64,000 bases of DNA, from the NCBI GenBank assembly GCA_048013815.1, contig CM106585.1:12648001-12712000 (forward strand), in the 5' to 3' direction. The position numbers and the translations under genes are program-made. The notes below the pieces were generated by a model. The model made no database searches. It had not been told where the DNA came from and saw nothing but the letters and a program-made list of their open reading frames with translations. The DNA comes from Setoptus koraiensis. Lineage: Eukaryota; Animalia; Arthropoda. Positions 1 through 12,191 of this stretch are shown piece after piece; position 1 is the first letter of the stretch, and the number at the start of each line of letters is the position of its first letter.

Positions 1-249
1 ATATCGACAAAATCACTCTCTTGATAGTGCGAATCGACAAAGTCACTCTCTAGATGCTGTCCACCGACAGCGAACCATACTCTCGACAAAATCGCCTCTC
101 GATGTTGTCGCCGTTTGTTATACGATTTGTGGTCGCTCGCTTTATTATTATCGTGTGTGTATAAACATATTTAAACAGGGTACTACTCGGGCCGCTGACC
201 AGTGCGGCCCCGGTTCGTCGACGGGCCGCCGCTTGTCGGGCGCGCGCGC

Positions 250-1545
250 TCACTCCTCCTTGTCGGCGGCGTCGTCCGCGCCGCTGTCCGAGGCCGCAAC
301 GGGCGCCTTGGTGGTGGACGAGGCCGTCTGTTTCTTCTTGCGCTTGTTGCTCCTTGTCGCGGACGTTGAGCCCGTTCGACCCCCAGACGACGACGACGAC
401 GATGACCCGTTGGTGGAGCCAACACTTCCGGTGCCAATGCTCGAGCCAGACGATGATGAGCCCACGATATTGGCCGCTTTTTGCAGTTGCTGCTGTTGGC
501 CCGCGAGAGATGTTTGCAGTGCGAGCGCTCTCGAGTTGTCAATGGGCTTCATAATGTACCACTTGTTGTTTATTGATGCCGCTGCCAGGCCGCTAAAGTC
601 ATCGGGAAAACTATTTTTTTGTTGTATGTCGGCCCCTTCGAAGCCGCTCGACGACGACTGCTGGCTAAATCCGCCAGTTGTGCCGCCAAATCCGCTTAGC
701 GCGCTAGAGCCGCCATTTCCGGCGATTTGCGACGACGACGATTGTGTAAATTGGCCGCCCACGCCATTAAGGCCAATTAGTTGGCCAGTTGTATCAAAGG
801 CCGAGCTAGAATCAATTTTTTCTTGGCTTAGTCCGTCTTGGCTGGAGCCGAATGAGCCGGCCCCTAGGCCGGCCAAATTTGATGATGACGACGATGAGAA
901 TGTATTAAATGCCGATGATTGCGGCACCACCGATGAGCTTTGCAATTGTTGCTGACGAAAGAATTCCTGTTGCTGGCTTACCGGTTGTTGTTGTATGGAT
1001 TGTTGCTGGAATTTACTAAATCCCGTTTGTAGCGTTTGCGGTTGTTGCGACGATGATATAATCTGATTATATGAGCTAGTCTCACCTAAGCCGCCAATAG
1101 TCTGTTGTTGCGGTACGGCCTGGCTAGAGAAGCTTTGTACGCGTCTGAAGCTAGACTCTTGGCTGGGCTGTTGGATTATTATTGGCTGTTGTTGTTGTTG
1201 TTGGATGGTTTGCATACGACTAATGAACGATTGCAATTGTGTAGGTGTCAAACTATTTAAAAATGATCTCATTGTTTGGAATGTTTGCTCGTTTGCGCTA
1301 ATGGGTACAATTTGCGGCTGTTGTGCGGATATTTGGCGGCTAGATTGAAAAAAGCTATTAGAGTTGCCTGAGGGCAGCGAGGAGGCGGACGACGACGAAA
1401 AGAAGCCCGCCGATCCGGGCGACTGGCCGCTACTGGACAGGCTCGACTGCCTGATCAGTTGGGCCTGTTGCACGGGCGACAGCACCGCCGATTGGAGCCG
1501 CTCCGACTTGAAGGCCGACGTTTTGCCCCCGAAGCCGCCGGTGTT
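250..1545 (-). CDS. Orphan secreted Gly/Ser/Gln-rich protein, exon 3 (to stop)
   Basis: Acceptor atgacag|AAC ACC GGC extends the 411-aa ORF (250..1485) 5' to 1545, and in-frame stops lie just upstream of the AG. Ends TGA at 250-252. The same bases could instead be a GA|GTGAG donor to an exon outside the window. Confidence 0.85.
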   Translation of the reverse strand, partial: NTGGFGGKTSAFKSERLQSAVLSPVQQAQLIRQSSLSSSGQSPGSAGFFSSSSASSLPSGNSNSFFQSSRQISAQQPQIVPISANEQTFQTMRSFLNSLTPTQLQSFISRMQTIQQQQQQPIIIQQPSQESSFRRVQSFSSQAVPQQQTIGGLGETSSYNQIISSSQQPQTLQTGFSKFQQQSIQQQPVSQQQEFFRQQQLQSSSVVPQSSAFNTFSSSSSSNLAGLGAGSFGSSQDGLSQEKIDSSSAFDTTGQLIGLNGVGGQFTQSSSSQIAGNGGSSALSGFGGTTGGFSQQSSSSGFEGADIQQKNSFPDDFSGLAAASINNKWYIMKPIDNSRALALQTSLAGQQQQLQKAANIVGSSSSGSSIGTGSVGSTNGSSSSSSSGGRTGSTSATRSNKRKKKQTASSTTKAPVAASDSGADDAADKEE

Positions 1546-1763
1546 CTGTCATTACGGTTGCATCGTTGTTGTGTCGATATATGTTTGATATATGTCGATG
1601 TCGTCGGCAATCGGCGATCGATCGGTGATTAATTGGTGATGGACAAAACAACAAATTAGCAGAGCGTCAGTGATTTAATTAGCGACATGCAAATGAGCTC
1701 TCGTTTGAGCAGTTTTATTGACGAGAGTGCCGGGACAGCGCCGGATATACTTCAGATAGTTAC

Positions 1764-1810
1764 CTGGAACGAAGTGGACAGGGATGAGCCGCCGATAGGC
1801 GCCAAGCCAC
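1764..1810 (-). CDS. Orphan secreted Gly/Ser/Gln-rich protein, exon 2 (47-nt micro-exon, GGLAPIGGSSLSTSFQ)
   Basis: Acceptor acaatag|GTGGC and donor TTCCAG|gtaact. Phase 1 in and phase 0 out joins exon 1 to exon 3 exactly, and the amino-acid composition matches the flanking exons. Confidence 0.75.
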
Positions 1811-2071
1811 CTATTGTTGTTTGCATGTTGATTGCGCATGTAAACACACATGTAGTGGACGACGGCGTAAATTCGGAATACGGAATAGGCGAATAGGAAG
1901 CAATTTAATTTATTAGTCGGCATAATGTGGCAACAACAGCAACAACAACAACAACAATTAGCGGACAATGATGCGCGCTGCAAACCAATGCAAGCCAATT
2001 AGCCTGGCTCTCGCTCGGCCATTGGTTGCGTAATTGCTGCTGCTGGCTGGCTCACCTGTTCTGAGACTCAC

Positions 2072-2450
2072 CTGAGCTGCTGAACTCCTCGTTTAGGGAG
2101 CTGACGGCTGAGCTGGGCAGTTGTTGCGATTGCTGCACAACCCGACGCGACGACGATGATTGTTGGCGAATAAATTGTTGTTGTTGCTGCGGCGTCAATT
2201 GTGAAAATTGTTGTAGAAACGATGAGCTGCTTGTGGCGCCCGTTCCGCTGCCGCCGAAGCCTTGCCCGCCGAACGAGCCAAATCCGCTGCTGAGCCCGCC
2301 GAACCCGCTGCCGCCGCCGGTGCCCTTAATGCCCTGGCATCGGACAAGCGGCAATATGTTGCCCAGCGAGCCAAGCGTCAAACAGGCCAGGCAAACGAAT
2401 GCAAAACGTGGGGCCCAGCTTGCGGCCGCCGGCTCTCTTGTGTGGCCCAT
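2072..2450 (-). CDS. Orphan secreted Gly/Ser/Gln-rich protein, exon 1 of 3 (signal peptide; total model 573 aa)
   Basis: ATG at 2450. MGHTREPAAASWAPRFAFVCLACLTLGSLGNILPLVRC-QG looks like a signal peptide and is followed by a G/S/F/Q-rich tract. Donor TCAG|GTGAGT after 2072 (phase 1). Exon lengths 379+47+1296=1722 nt close the frame. Confidence 0.8.
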
Positions 2451-2853
2451 CTGTGTTGTTGTGAGTGTATTTGTCTGATGCTGTTTGTATTGTTGCGCAA
2501 CACTCGACGAAGCGACCCACTGGCAGATGATCTGGCTGTAATGGTTATGTCAATGGATGTTGTCGCGCTTTATGTCAGCGTATTGATTCGCATTTATGTC
2601 GGCGTGTCGATTTGTATTTATGTCGGCGTATTGATTTGTATTTATGGCTTAAGTGAGCTGGGCTGTTTGCGTTTGGTCGGATTGTGCGTTCGGCTGGCTA
2701 CACTTGGGCTGGCTAATCCGGATAAATTTATTAATTTTCGTTCTATTTACGTGGCAAACTGTCTGTCTGTTTATTTATTTATGCAAATAAGCCGGGCAAC
2801 AGTGTGTGTGTGTGTGATGTCACAATTGTCGAGCTTCTGAAAGGTGCCGCTCG

Positions 2854-2861
2854 TTTTTATA
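2854..2861 (-). promoter_or_regulatory. Possible TATA box (TATAAAAA) for the secreted-protein gene
   Basis: TATAAAAA on the minus strand ~410 nt upstream of the ATG, in otherwise GC-balanced sequence. Motif match only. Confidence 0.3.
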
Positions 2862-4305
2862 GTGGCTTCTCTGGGATAGTCGCGCTCAACTCGCCACTGT
2901 AACGAGATGAGCCAGAGAACCCAGAGATACGACAAGCTGGCGCTGAGAGAAGCTGGCGATGAGAGAAGCAAGACGTAGATTGTGCAAGATAAAGTTTTAG
3001 AGCGCAACAATTGCGACAGTCGTCTAGTCGACAATAGTAGTGAGTGGCATAACATGCTGCAGGCCCGACAAACGATAATGACAACGATAATCCATTGGAG
3101 CGTGAGATTATGTAAACGAGCGATCAAATTACCTATGCCTCACAAGTGCCAGCGAGTGAGCACAGTGAGAGGCCCCTCGCCGTCATATCAGCTAATAGCA
3201 ATAGCTGGTTGGTTAGCTCGCAAAGGCTCTGTCAGCGCCAGCGAAAAGGCTAAGCGTGCAAGATGGCGTGCCTTACCTTGATTTTCGGTTAGTTAGCTCG
3301 TTTGTTTGTTTGTTTGGCGCTGATTGGTTTGGCTTGCTGCTGGCGACAGTCACCACGTCACCAGTTGATCGTCGCTTGTGTGTGTGTGTGTGTGTGTGTC
3401 GTAATGGCGACAAGGTGAGTTATTGGCGTTATCAGGAAGTGGCGCCAATTGAATCAGCTGACTCATTGAGACTGTTTGTCGTTGTCAGTGTGTGTCGGCG
3501 GCTCCGAGAGCTGGCAAGGCGAGTGAGCCGAGCTGTTGGAGTGGCTCGACAACGAGCGAAAAAGAAGCGCTAATTTCACCACAACACCAACAGCGATACC
3601 AACAACGGCAACCACAACAACGGCAACCACAACAACGGCAACCACAACGCCAACAGCGACAGCGACACCAACAGCCGTTCGTGATATTATTTAAAGCGAC
3701 CCGTTGCCTTGGCGCTTCCTTCTTAATTAGCGCGCTGACCAGCCACTCAACTGTTGAATATCAACAGATATCCAACAGAATCAGTGCAAGTGCCGGGCGT
3801 CGCTGGCGAGCGCGCAGCGGGCCCATTAGGCTAGTTGGCCGGCCAATCAATTATTCATGATGACCTTTTACTCTTTCTGTCGCTCTTTGTGTCTCTGGCC
3901 GCTATTGGCTCTCTGTCGCTGGCTGGCTGGCACTTGCTTGCAATCAGCGCCACTCAATTTGGTCACTCTAACAAACTCTCGCCAGCAAACTCTCGCCAAC
4001 AAACTGTAAAGCGGATAAACTTTTGAGAGGCACACACACACTCGAGTCAGCGACGACAACAACCAAACAGCAACAACCAAACAGCAACAACCAAGCAACA
4101 ACAACCAAGCAACAACAACACGGCCGAACAACAGCAACCATTGCGAAACAGCCTGCTGATCGGGCTGCCTGCCTGTGTGTTTGTCGTCTTGTTGCAACCA
4201 ATCACAACACGGCCGGCTTGCTTATTATGCAAATTAGATGATGGCGCCTTGAATATCCATGCTCGTTGAGTATCCGTGGCTCGCCGAATATCCATGGCTG
4301 TCGCT

Positions 4306-4333
4306 GTTGTCGTCGTCGTCGTCGTCGTCGTCG

Positions 4334-4374
<41 letters not shown>

Positions 4375-4387
4375 GCTGCTGTTGTTG
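4306..4387. repeat. Compound (GTC)n(GTT)n microsatellite
   Basis: Directly visible trinucleotide run. Confidence 0.95.
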
Positions 4388-4892
4388 AATGCATATCAGA
4401 CACAACAACGCGTGTTTGATTACTAATGCGATTCTTGCATGTGATGGCACTGCGCTCAATGGCAACACTTGTTGCCGTTGTTTGTGGTTGCCTTTTGCCT
4501 GAGACAGTGCACACCATTGTGGCTCGAATCGAGCGAGACACACTCGACGGCGAGACAAGTCGACAGCGAATTCGAGAGAATTCGAGAGACAGCGAGAGAG
4601 AGAGAGAGAGAGAGACGCGAAGTGACGAGAAGAACAAAGGTGCGACCAATAAAGCGCGACAACAGCGACAGCCGAACGCTGATTATCGCAGGGCCAGGCC
4701 CCCGCGCCGACACGACCAATGCTGATCATCGATTCGATACTCGCGTCGTCTCTTTATTTTGCCCACTTTATCTGTTCGCTGCGCATTATCTCTCGCATTC
4801 GTATCTGTTCTCCGTTCTCTGCTGCTCGGGTTGCTCGGGCCGCTCGGCGGCCGCACTGACAGTTTTGAGTTTGGAGCTCGCGAGCAACCGAA

Positions 4893-4976
4893 ACGCCAAA
4901 CGAGACGCCAAACGAGACGCCGAACGAGACGCCGAACGGGACGCCGAACGGGACGCCAAAAGAGACGGCGAACGGG
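4893..4976. repeat. 12-bp tandem repeat (ACGCCRAACGRG) x7
   Basis: Seven consecutive degenerate units. Confidence 0.9.
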
Positions 4977-5235
4977 CGAGCAGAAGGGCAACAAACAAAG
5001 AGAGCAAATATTGATTATTATTCGCGATTCGCGAATCGCGAGCGCTCAATATTCTTTAGAGCTCATCGCTGGCCTTTGTTTGTGGCAGCGATCGGCTCAG
5101 CGCAGTTGATCGGCGCCCGCCAATCGGCCGTCCGGCCGGCCGGCGAAACCCGATCGCTCGCTATCAATCATGCACAATGTTGCCACTTACCTGTTTGCGC
5201 ATACCCGGCCGCCGTGGGCCGTTTGTGCCGGCCGG

Positions 5236-5299
5236 TCTGGCCAGTATCTGGCCAGTATATGGTCAGTATATGGTCAGTGTCTGGCTAGTATCTGGCCGG
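5236..5299. repeat. 11-bp tandem repeat (TMTGGYYAGTA) x~6
   Basis: tctggccagta tctggccagta tatggtcagta tatggtcagtg tctggctagta tctggccgg. Confidence 0.9.
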
Positions 5300-6708
5300 T
5301 CTGGCGAGCCGCTCTGGCCAGTATTTGGCGAGCTGTGAGTCGCCACTGGCCAGAGCTGAGTTTGAGTGTCGGCGAGTTTGAGTTGTCAGTTTGAGTTGTC
5401 AGTGTCAGTGAGCTTTGCGAGTGTCAGCGAGTCTCAATGAGCGCCAGTGAGTTGTGTGGGCCACATCCATGGCGGCCGAGCGCTAAACCATTTTCAATTT
5501 GTTGCTCTCGTTGTTTGTGTCCATACGGCCAGCGTCCGTCCATTCGGACACTTAAACTGCGCTGGCTGTCAGTGCGGTCGCATGGACACTGTTGTTGCAT
5601 GGACACTGTTGTTGCGTGGACACTGTTGCGTCGCTCTCGACGACAGTGACGGATAAACAAATATGATGGGCACTGACAACTTGTGAGTGGTCACTGGCCA
5701 GCTGAGAGCGGCTCTCGGCAGCGACACTCATCATGCCCTAATGACAGCCAACAAACAGCCCACTTGCGGCCACATTATTAATTAATTAATGCAACATTCG
5801 TTTGTATCACACAATACATGTTATACTTACAAATGTTACAAAACAAATATTACAACAACAACAACAAAAAACTGTACAAACACAACACTCACAGTTTCAG
5901 CAAACAGTTTGCGTAATAGTTCACTAATTGTAACATACTTTGTGCCGTGCGTTTGTTGTCGCTGGCCCGTTGTCGCTGGCCAGTGCGTGCGCAGCCCAAT
6001 CTCACCTTGTGCCGATCGCCTTGACAACCAGCTGACACAACAACCAGCTGACGCAACCGGCTGACATAACCAGCTGACACAACAAGTTGACACAACAAGC
6101 TGACGCAACCAGCTGACCACCCGAGGGCGCCAATCGGCTGCTCGCTGCACAAGTTGTGAATCGCAAGTTGTGAATCGCAAGTTGCGCAATCACAACAATA
6201 ACAATAAACACACGTCATGGCAGCACATGATGCACCTGTCGGCCGCTGTCGCTTAATTAATTAAAAGCGAAATCAAAATTGAAATTAAAATCAAATTTCA
6301 ATTAGCTCATCGCTCATGCTGCCAATGGGCTGCCAAACGGCCGGCGGCTCGCTCGAGATAAGATCCACTTTGGGGGTGACGATGTCATTAAAATCCGCGC
6401 AATCGCTGCGATCGTTGCGCCGACCGCAACGGCAACAACAACAACGACGCCGATAACGACAACCATTATGATATCAGTGATATTAATAGCTGGCTAATGG
6501 CGGCCGCCGCCGCCATGTCGTGGGCGCTGCCCGCCAGGGGAGGGGCGCCATCTCGCGGCGGGCGTCACTTGCGAGCTTATAAATGAAGTTCGTTCGGGCA
6601 CAATGATTCACTCAAAACTTGCCACTCACAAGTCTTGCCGAGTCAAAAGTGAGCCAAAAGTGACTGACAAACAACAGCGAGCATGCCACACCAAATTGCA
6701 ATCGCAAT

Positions 6709-6816
6709 GTTGTTGTTGCTGCTGTTGTTGTCGTTGCTGTTGTCGTTGCTGTTGTCGTTGCTGTTGTCGTTGCTGTTGTCGTTGCTGTTGTCGTTGCTGT
6801 TGTTGTTGCTGTTGTT
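6709..6816. repeat. GTT-rich tract with six perfect GTCGTTGCTGTT units (6730-6801)
   Basis: Directly visible. Confidence 0.95.
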
Positions 6817-9800
6817 GGTTGTGCGGTGGCGGCGGCCGGTAACGGAAGGCAGTTTAGGCTGGAGGCAACAAGTGTTTGGTTGTGCTCTCGTTGTTGTTGG
6901 CGCCTTTTGTGGCCAGTCATAGTTCACTAGTCTTGTCGGCCTAATGGTTGTTGTCGCTGTTGTTGTTGTCGGTGTCGCCGTTGCTGTTGCTGTTGAACTC
7001 TCTCAGCTTGCAAGCAACAACAAGCGATCATTAGTGGCTAGTTAGTTGATTGCCTGTTGCCGTTGTTGTTGTTTCATTGCATCATTGCGCGCATCCTTTT
7101 GCGTCGTCGTCGTCGTCGTCTCCGGCGCGCCGCCAGACTCAATTGCGTCACTCGCCAACACGAATGACGCATCGTGACTAATTAACTCTCTCTCTCTCTC
7201 TCTTAACTATTATATTGCGTCAATTGCAACCATTGCGCCGACCATTGTATTGTGCCGCTGACCACCGCCATTAGCCACTGGCCTCGGCAAGATGCTGCTA
7301 TTATTGCGCAATATCCACGCCATGTGCAGTTGTCGTTGTCGTTGTCGCTGTTGTTGCTGCTGCTGCTGCTGGCAGCCAAAAACAACGACAACAACACTGA
7401 CCACTGGCCTGTGTGCAGCCATTAAAAGTGACTAAGAGGCAACAAAAAGGCCAACAAATCGGCCAGCTCTCGGCCGGCAAATCAACAGGTGACATTGATG
7501 AGCAATGTGTGTCTTATGGACACTCCTGATTCGGACACTTGTTGTTCTCATGACCAGCGTGCGACTCGGCGCCGCCGTCCACCGACTTGGTTGTTTTTGT
7601 TGGTCTGGCGGCGCTGAACAGATTGCGCTCGACATACTCGCCTACCTCACACCGATATGCCCCACACAATGCCCCTCACAATGCCCCACACAATGCCCCG
7701 CTCGTTGCTCGTACCTCGTCGGCGCAAAAGTGCCCACGCTGACACTTGTGAGCCGCGGCATCACCGAGCGGCATCATCGGGCCGCATCACCGAGCATCGT
7801 CATGCCGCACTGTGCTCATCGGCTGCCAACAGCGGTCAGCTGACTGTCAGAGGTCGCAGCGGCAATAATTACATCATAATAATAATAGCGCAACGTCGGG
7901 CCTGAATAATTATCTCGCTTATTAGGTGTGTAATGGCTTCTCTTGAACTTCTGCTCGCTCCGGCCAGTGTGGTCACTACTCATGTTGTGTTGCGCAATAT
8001 GGGTTGTTGTATCGGCTAGCTTGGCTTGGCAATTATGAGGCACAGTTACAGGCAACATGCACACACAGTTGTGACAACGATGACAACGGCTAACCAGCTG
8101 TACTCGATATGGCGTCCGTTGCATCATTCGCCACTGACAGCATGGGCACACTGCGAAATCTGGACATATCTGGATATATCTGGATATATCTGACAGTCAG
8201 CTGACTGTCAGCTGGATGTCAGCTGGCTGTCAGATACATCATAACGTATGGCCATACAATATGGCCATATACACATGTAATGCGGCAAGCCCCTGTCACA
8301 AGCCAGTCAGCTGATGCTGGGGTGAGCTCATAGCGGTCACATGACATGTGAGGATATATGGACAGTGGAACGACTTTGCCATTAATTATCAATCTGGCAC
8401 ACAAACGTCAAATGGCAGCCACCAGTTGAGTTGGTCAGTTGCAGTTTGCGTTGCCGCTAATATTTTAATATTATCATTATAATTACTGTTATTGTTGGTG
8501 GCCGGCCGGCCGAGCCAACGAAACCAAACAAGCCGAGCCAGCAAAACCAAACAAACCGAGCCAACAAAACCAAACGAACCGAGCCGGCAGAAAGCGAGCC
8601 AACAAACCCAACGAGTGCCATCGGAGGCAATAGGTTGCGCGCCATTAGATGGCATCATAAATCATCAAATAATTATTATGCAACCATGTTAATGCCGCCG
8701 ATAGACGGGCTGGCTGTTGCGTAATCGCAACTGCGGATCATGGCGAGCTAAAGGGGGGCTAGTTATCATAAAGTAAACTTATCAAGCGCAAATCTAACAC
8801 AATTCTGCAAAAAGCGACTCGACTCGCAAATAGCAAATAGCAAATACTGACAAGTATTTGTGCTCGGTGTGTTTTGTTGTTGTTTGTGTTTAATGGCATC
8901 GCCAATGGGCCAGGCCAGTGACGAAAATGGCCACTCGATGGCCGGGCAGCTATTTTTTGAATGGCTGGCCCGAGATTCAAAAAATAGATATGTTGCCAGG
9001 TAGCCGGCAGGCTGCTATGCGCCGGCTGTGTCTTAATGTTTTTAATGTTGCTGTTTCATGTTGCTGTTGTTGCTGCCGTTGTTGTTGATGATTATGATTG
9101 CGATTACGCATTCCAACGCGGCAACGGCAGCCGCGGCAACAGGTTAAGCAGCCAGCGACGTCTCAATAATGAAAAGAACAGGCTGACTTAATGAGTTGCA
9201 AGCTACATCAATAACTGGATCGGCCGCTCGCTCGCTGGCAGCCTGTAACTCACAGCCAGACGATGTCGCTGTTGTTGCTGTTGCCGTTGTTGTTGGCATA
9301 ACTCACCTGCCGAAATAACTCACCTGGCGAGCTGGCCGGGCCACTTGACAGCTCTATTAGCGCCGCACTATCCATCAGTCAGCTGATGGTATCAGTCGGC
9401 TGGCATCATTTTGGCGCCGCTGCGCCACAGCCAGGCACCCACCCAAGCGCAACAGGTGAGTTTGTAAGACGGCCCGCAAAAAGAATTTCGCGAAACAGTC
9501 GCTGCCGGCCCGACGGCCGGCTCGCCCGCAAATGCTAATGCAAACAACCGATAAACAACCTTGTTGCCTCGCTCGACTTTTGTTGCCGTCGTTGTTGTTG
9601 CCGTCGTTGTTGCTGTTGTCGTTGTTGCTGTTGCCGTCGTTGTTGCTGTTGCCGTCGTTGTTGCTGTGATTTTGTTGCCGTCTCGTTCGCTGTGATTTCG
9701 CTGCTCGTTCGTTTGCTGCATATGATACATATAACAATATCTGACTGCGCCATTTGTGTGTCTATTTGCACCGCAACCGCGATAATAAAAATGATGATAA

Positions 9801-11725
9801 ATAAACATGTACACAAATTGCCTGGCGAGCAATATGAACAACGGCAATCGCCCGTCGCCATTGCGCTCTTACCCGTTCAACGCGCTCAGCGCGCTACCCG
9901 CTCGAGACGCCGCCCGCTCGAGACGCCGCCCGTTCAGCGCGCTACCCGTTCAGCGCGCTACCCGCCGGAGGCGGAGGCCCAACACTGACTCTGGTGCCCG
10001 ATCGCTCGAGAGCGGGCATCAGCGGCACGCACCGAGGGCAGCGGCACCGACCGAGAGCGGGTACGGACCGCGGCCAGGGCCAGACTGCGGCCAGTGAGCA
10101 GCGAGCCGGCAAACCGCACACACATGCACCGTACCTGTACTTGTTGTTGTTTATGTTGCGCTCACATGAATTCATGTTGTTGGTCATTTGGTTACGCTCT
10201 GATGGTCGCTCTGATGACGGGCGATTGCGCAAGACTTAGGTGTTGATTGGCTCGCCGTTTCGCGGACGCAAACTGTGCCCAGTTGCGCAAGACGGTCGCT
10301 GGCCAGGTGAGCCCGGGTGCGCCCGGGTGCGCTCAGGTGCGCTCGGTCGGGCTCGGTCGCCGCTCGGTCGTCGGGCGAATATTCCGTCCAGTCGGCGGCC
10401 AGTCGGCGGTCAGTCGGCGCCCGGTCGGCGCCCGCTTCTTTTTGACCCGACGCGCTCGTTGCGCCGCGGCCAGCGCACCAGCGCCAGTGACAAGCGAGAT
10501 GATTATCGTTGTTTGCATCATTAGCGCCGCAAAGATCAACAAACGACACTTGTTTGCGGTCGCCGCCGACAGTCCGCTCGCCGGCAGTCCGTTATGCGTC
10601 ATTCCGTACGCCGACAGACCGTTATCCAACAGTCCGTTGGCCGCCTGTCGGCGGATCTCGCAGCCGCACCGGCAAACAACCGGACCGGCGAACAACCCGG
10701 CCGGCGAACAACCAACCAGATCAAACCAGATCAAACAACCAGAACAAACAACGGACAGCGGAGATAGCAACATCCGCAACAATGGCAGTGGCGGACCGAC
10801 ACACAAAGAGATGAATATCGCAACGGCATCTAACGAGACAATCACGACTTTGCCGTCGGCGCCAGTAGCCCGAGCGGCGCTCTCGGCTTGCGGGCCACTT
10901 GTTGCTCGTGTTCGTCACATAAACCGCTCACAAACGCACACTGTTCAATGAACAGTGATGGCGTCGGGCACGCGCCAACGCAAACACGCCGACGGTTGCG
11001 CGGCACGGGATGCGGGCGGATGTTTGCGCGGTCGGATATGCTGCGGATGCGGTCGAAAATAGTAACGGGATCGTATTGCGCAGTTTGATTGTCGTCGTTG
11101 AGCGGACTTGTTGTTTGTGCGCCCACAAGCGGCTGTCAGATGAGACGCCCAACGGCCAGCTGACAGCGTCCGTTTGACAGCGTCCGCCTGACAGTGTCCG
11201 TTTGACGGCGTTTGTTGACAGCGCCCGTTCGACAGTGTCATTGGTCACTGGCAATTAATTAACGGCACACACACACACACAAGCGATAACTGTGAGCCTT
11301 GACCAGCGGCGCACAAAGGCCGCCATTGTCAAGACTTGAACGGTCTTGATAACGGTGGAGACGACGACGGTCAGCACAGATCGTTAATTTATTGCCCATT
11401 ATTGTGTTGTTGTTGTTGTTGTTGTGCGATGCGTCACTCGGTTGGCCGGCTCGCATCGTCGGCCGACTCACTCGCGAGTCGCGAGTCGCGACTTGCGACT
11501 GGCGGCAACAACTCACACCCTGTCGAGTGTGTTGCGCAATCGTCGAACACTCGTCGCATTTAGTCACAGGAAGTGTGTTGCGCAACAGCGACACCGACGA
11601 CGACAGCGACGGCAACAACGACGGCGTCTAGAGTCTAGACAAATAGGCGAGTGTGCAGCCGAGTTGACCAGTTCAGTTGCTGTAGCGGCCAAAAGTGCGC
11701 ATCAGCGGCCATAAAGAAGCGCATT

Positions 11726-11759
<34 letters not shown>

Positions 11760-12122
11760 TTGTTGTTGCCGTTGATGCCGTTGTTGTTGTTGTTGCCGTT
11801 GATGCTGTTGTTGCTGTTTTTGGCGTTGTTGATGTTGCGATGCGATGCGCCACAAGCGAACACAGTCGAGCCGATTTGTTGAAAAAGCCGCGCTACGCAA
11901 GACACTGTTGTTGCGTAACGCGGCCAGTGTTGCGCAACTGGCTGCACTTGAGCGGCCACAGCGGCGGCCGGCCAACAGAGAAAATTATCAGCGCAGCGTC
12001 GGCTGATGATGGCGCCGCTCCGCGCCGCGATGCGCCCGGCAACGTAAACGGGTTTAAGCGGCGCTTCCTCATTACGCTCCGGCTCGGCGCTGGCCAGACG
12101 CCGGAGCGGTCATCGGTCGCTC

Positions 12123-12191
12123 ATGTTGGCGTTGTCGTTCATGCTGGCGTTGTCGTTCGTGTTGCTGTTGTGGGCCGAAGACGAATCCAAG
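12123..12191 (+). CDS. ed: Candidate echinoid exon 1 (signal-peptide-like MLALSFMLALSFVLLLWAEDESK)
   Basis: ATG, hydrophobic 18-mer, strong donor AAG|GTGAGC (phase 0). Weak: the hydrophobicity comes partly from an 18-nt duplication of TTG-rich sequence, and GTGAG donors are common in this window. Confidence 0.3.

Noticed and set aside
155-955. 266-aa plus-strand ORF
   Set aside because: Antisense shadow of the GC-rich secreted-protein exon.
1579-1593. ATATGTTTGATATAT, resembling mature miR-190
   Set aside because: The 5' seed register does not match, there is no convincing precursor hairpin, and miR-190 is normally in a talin intron.
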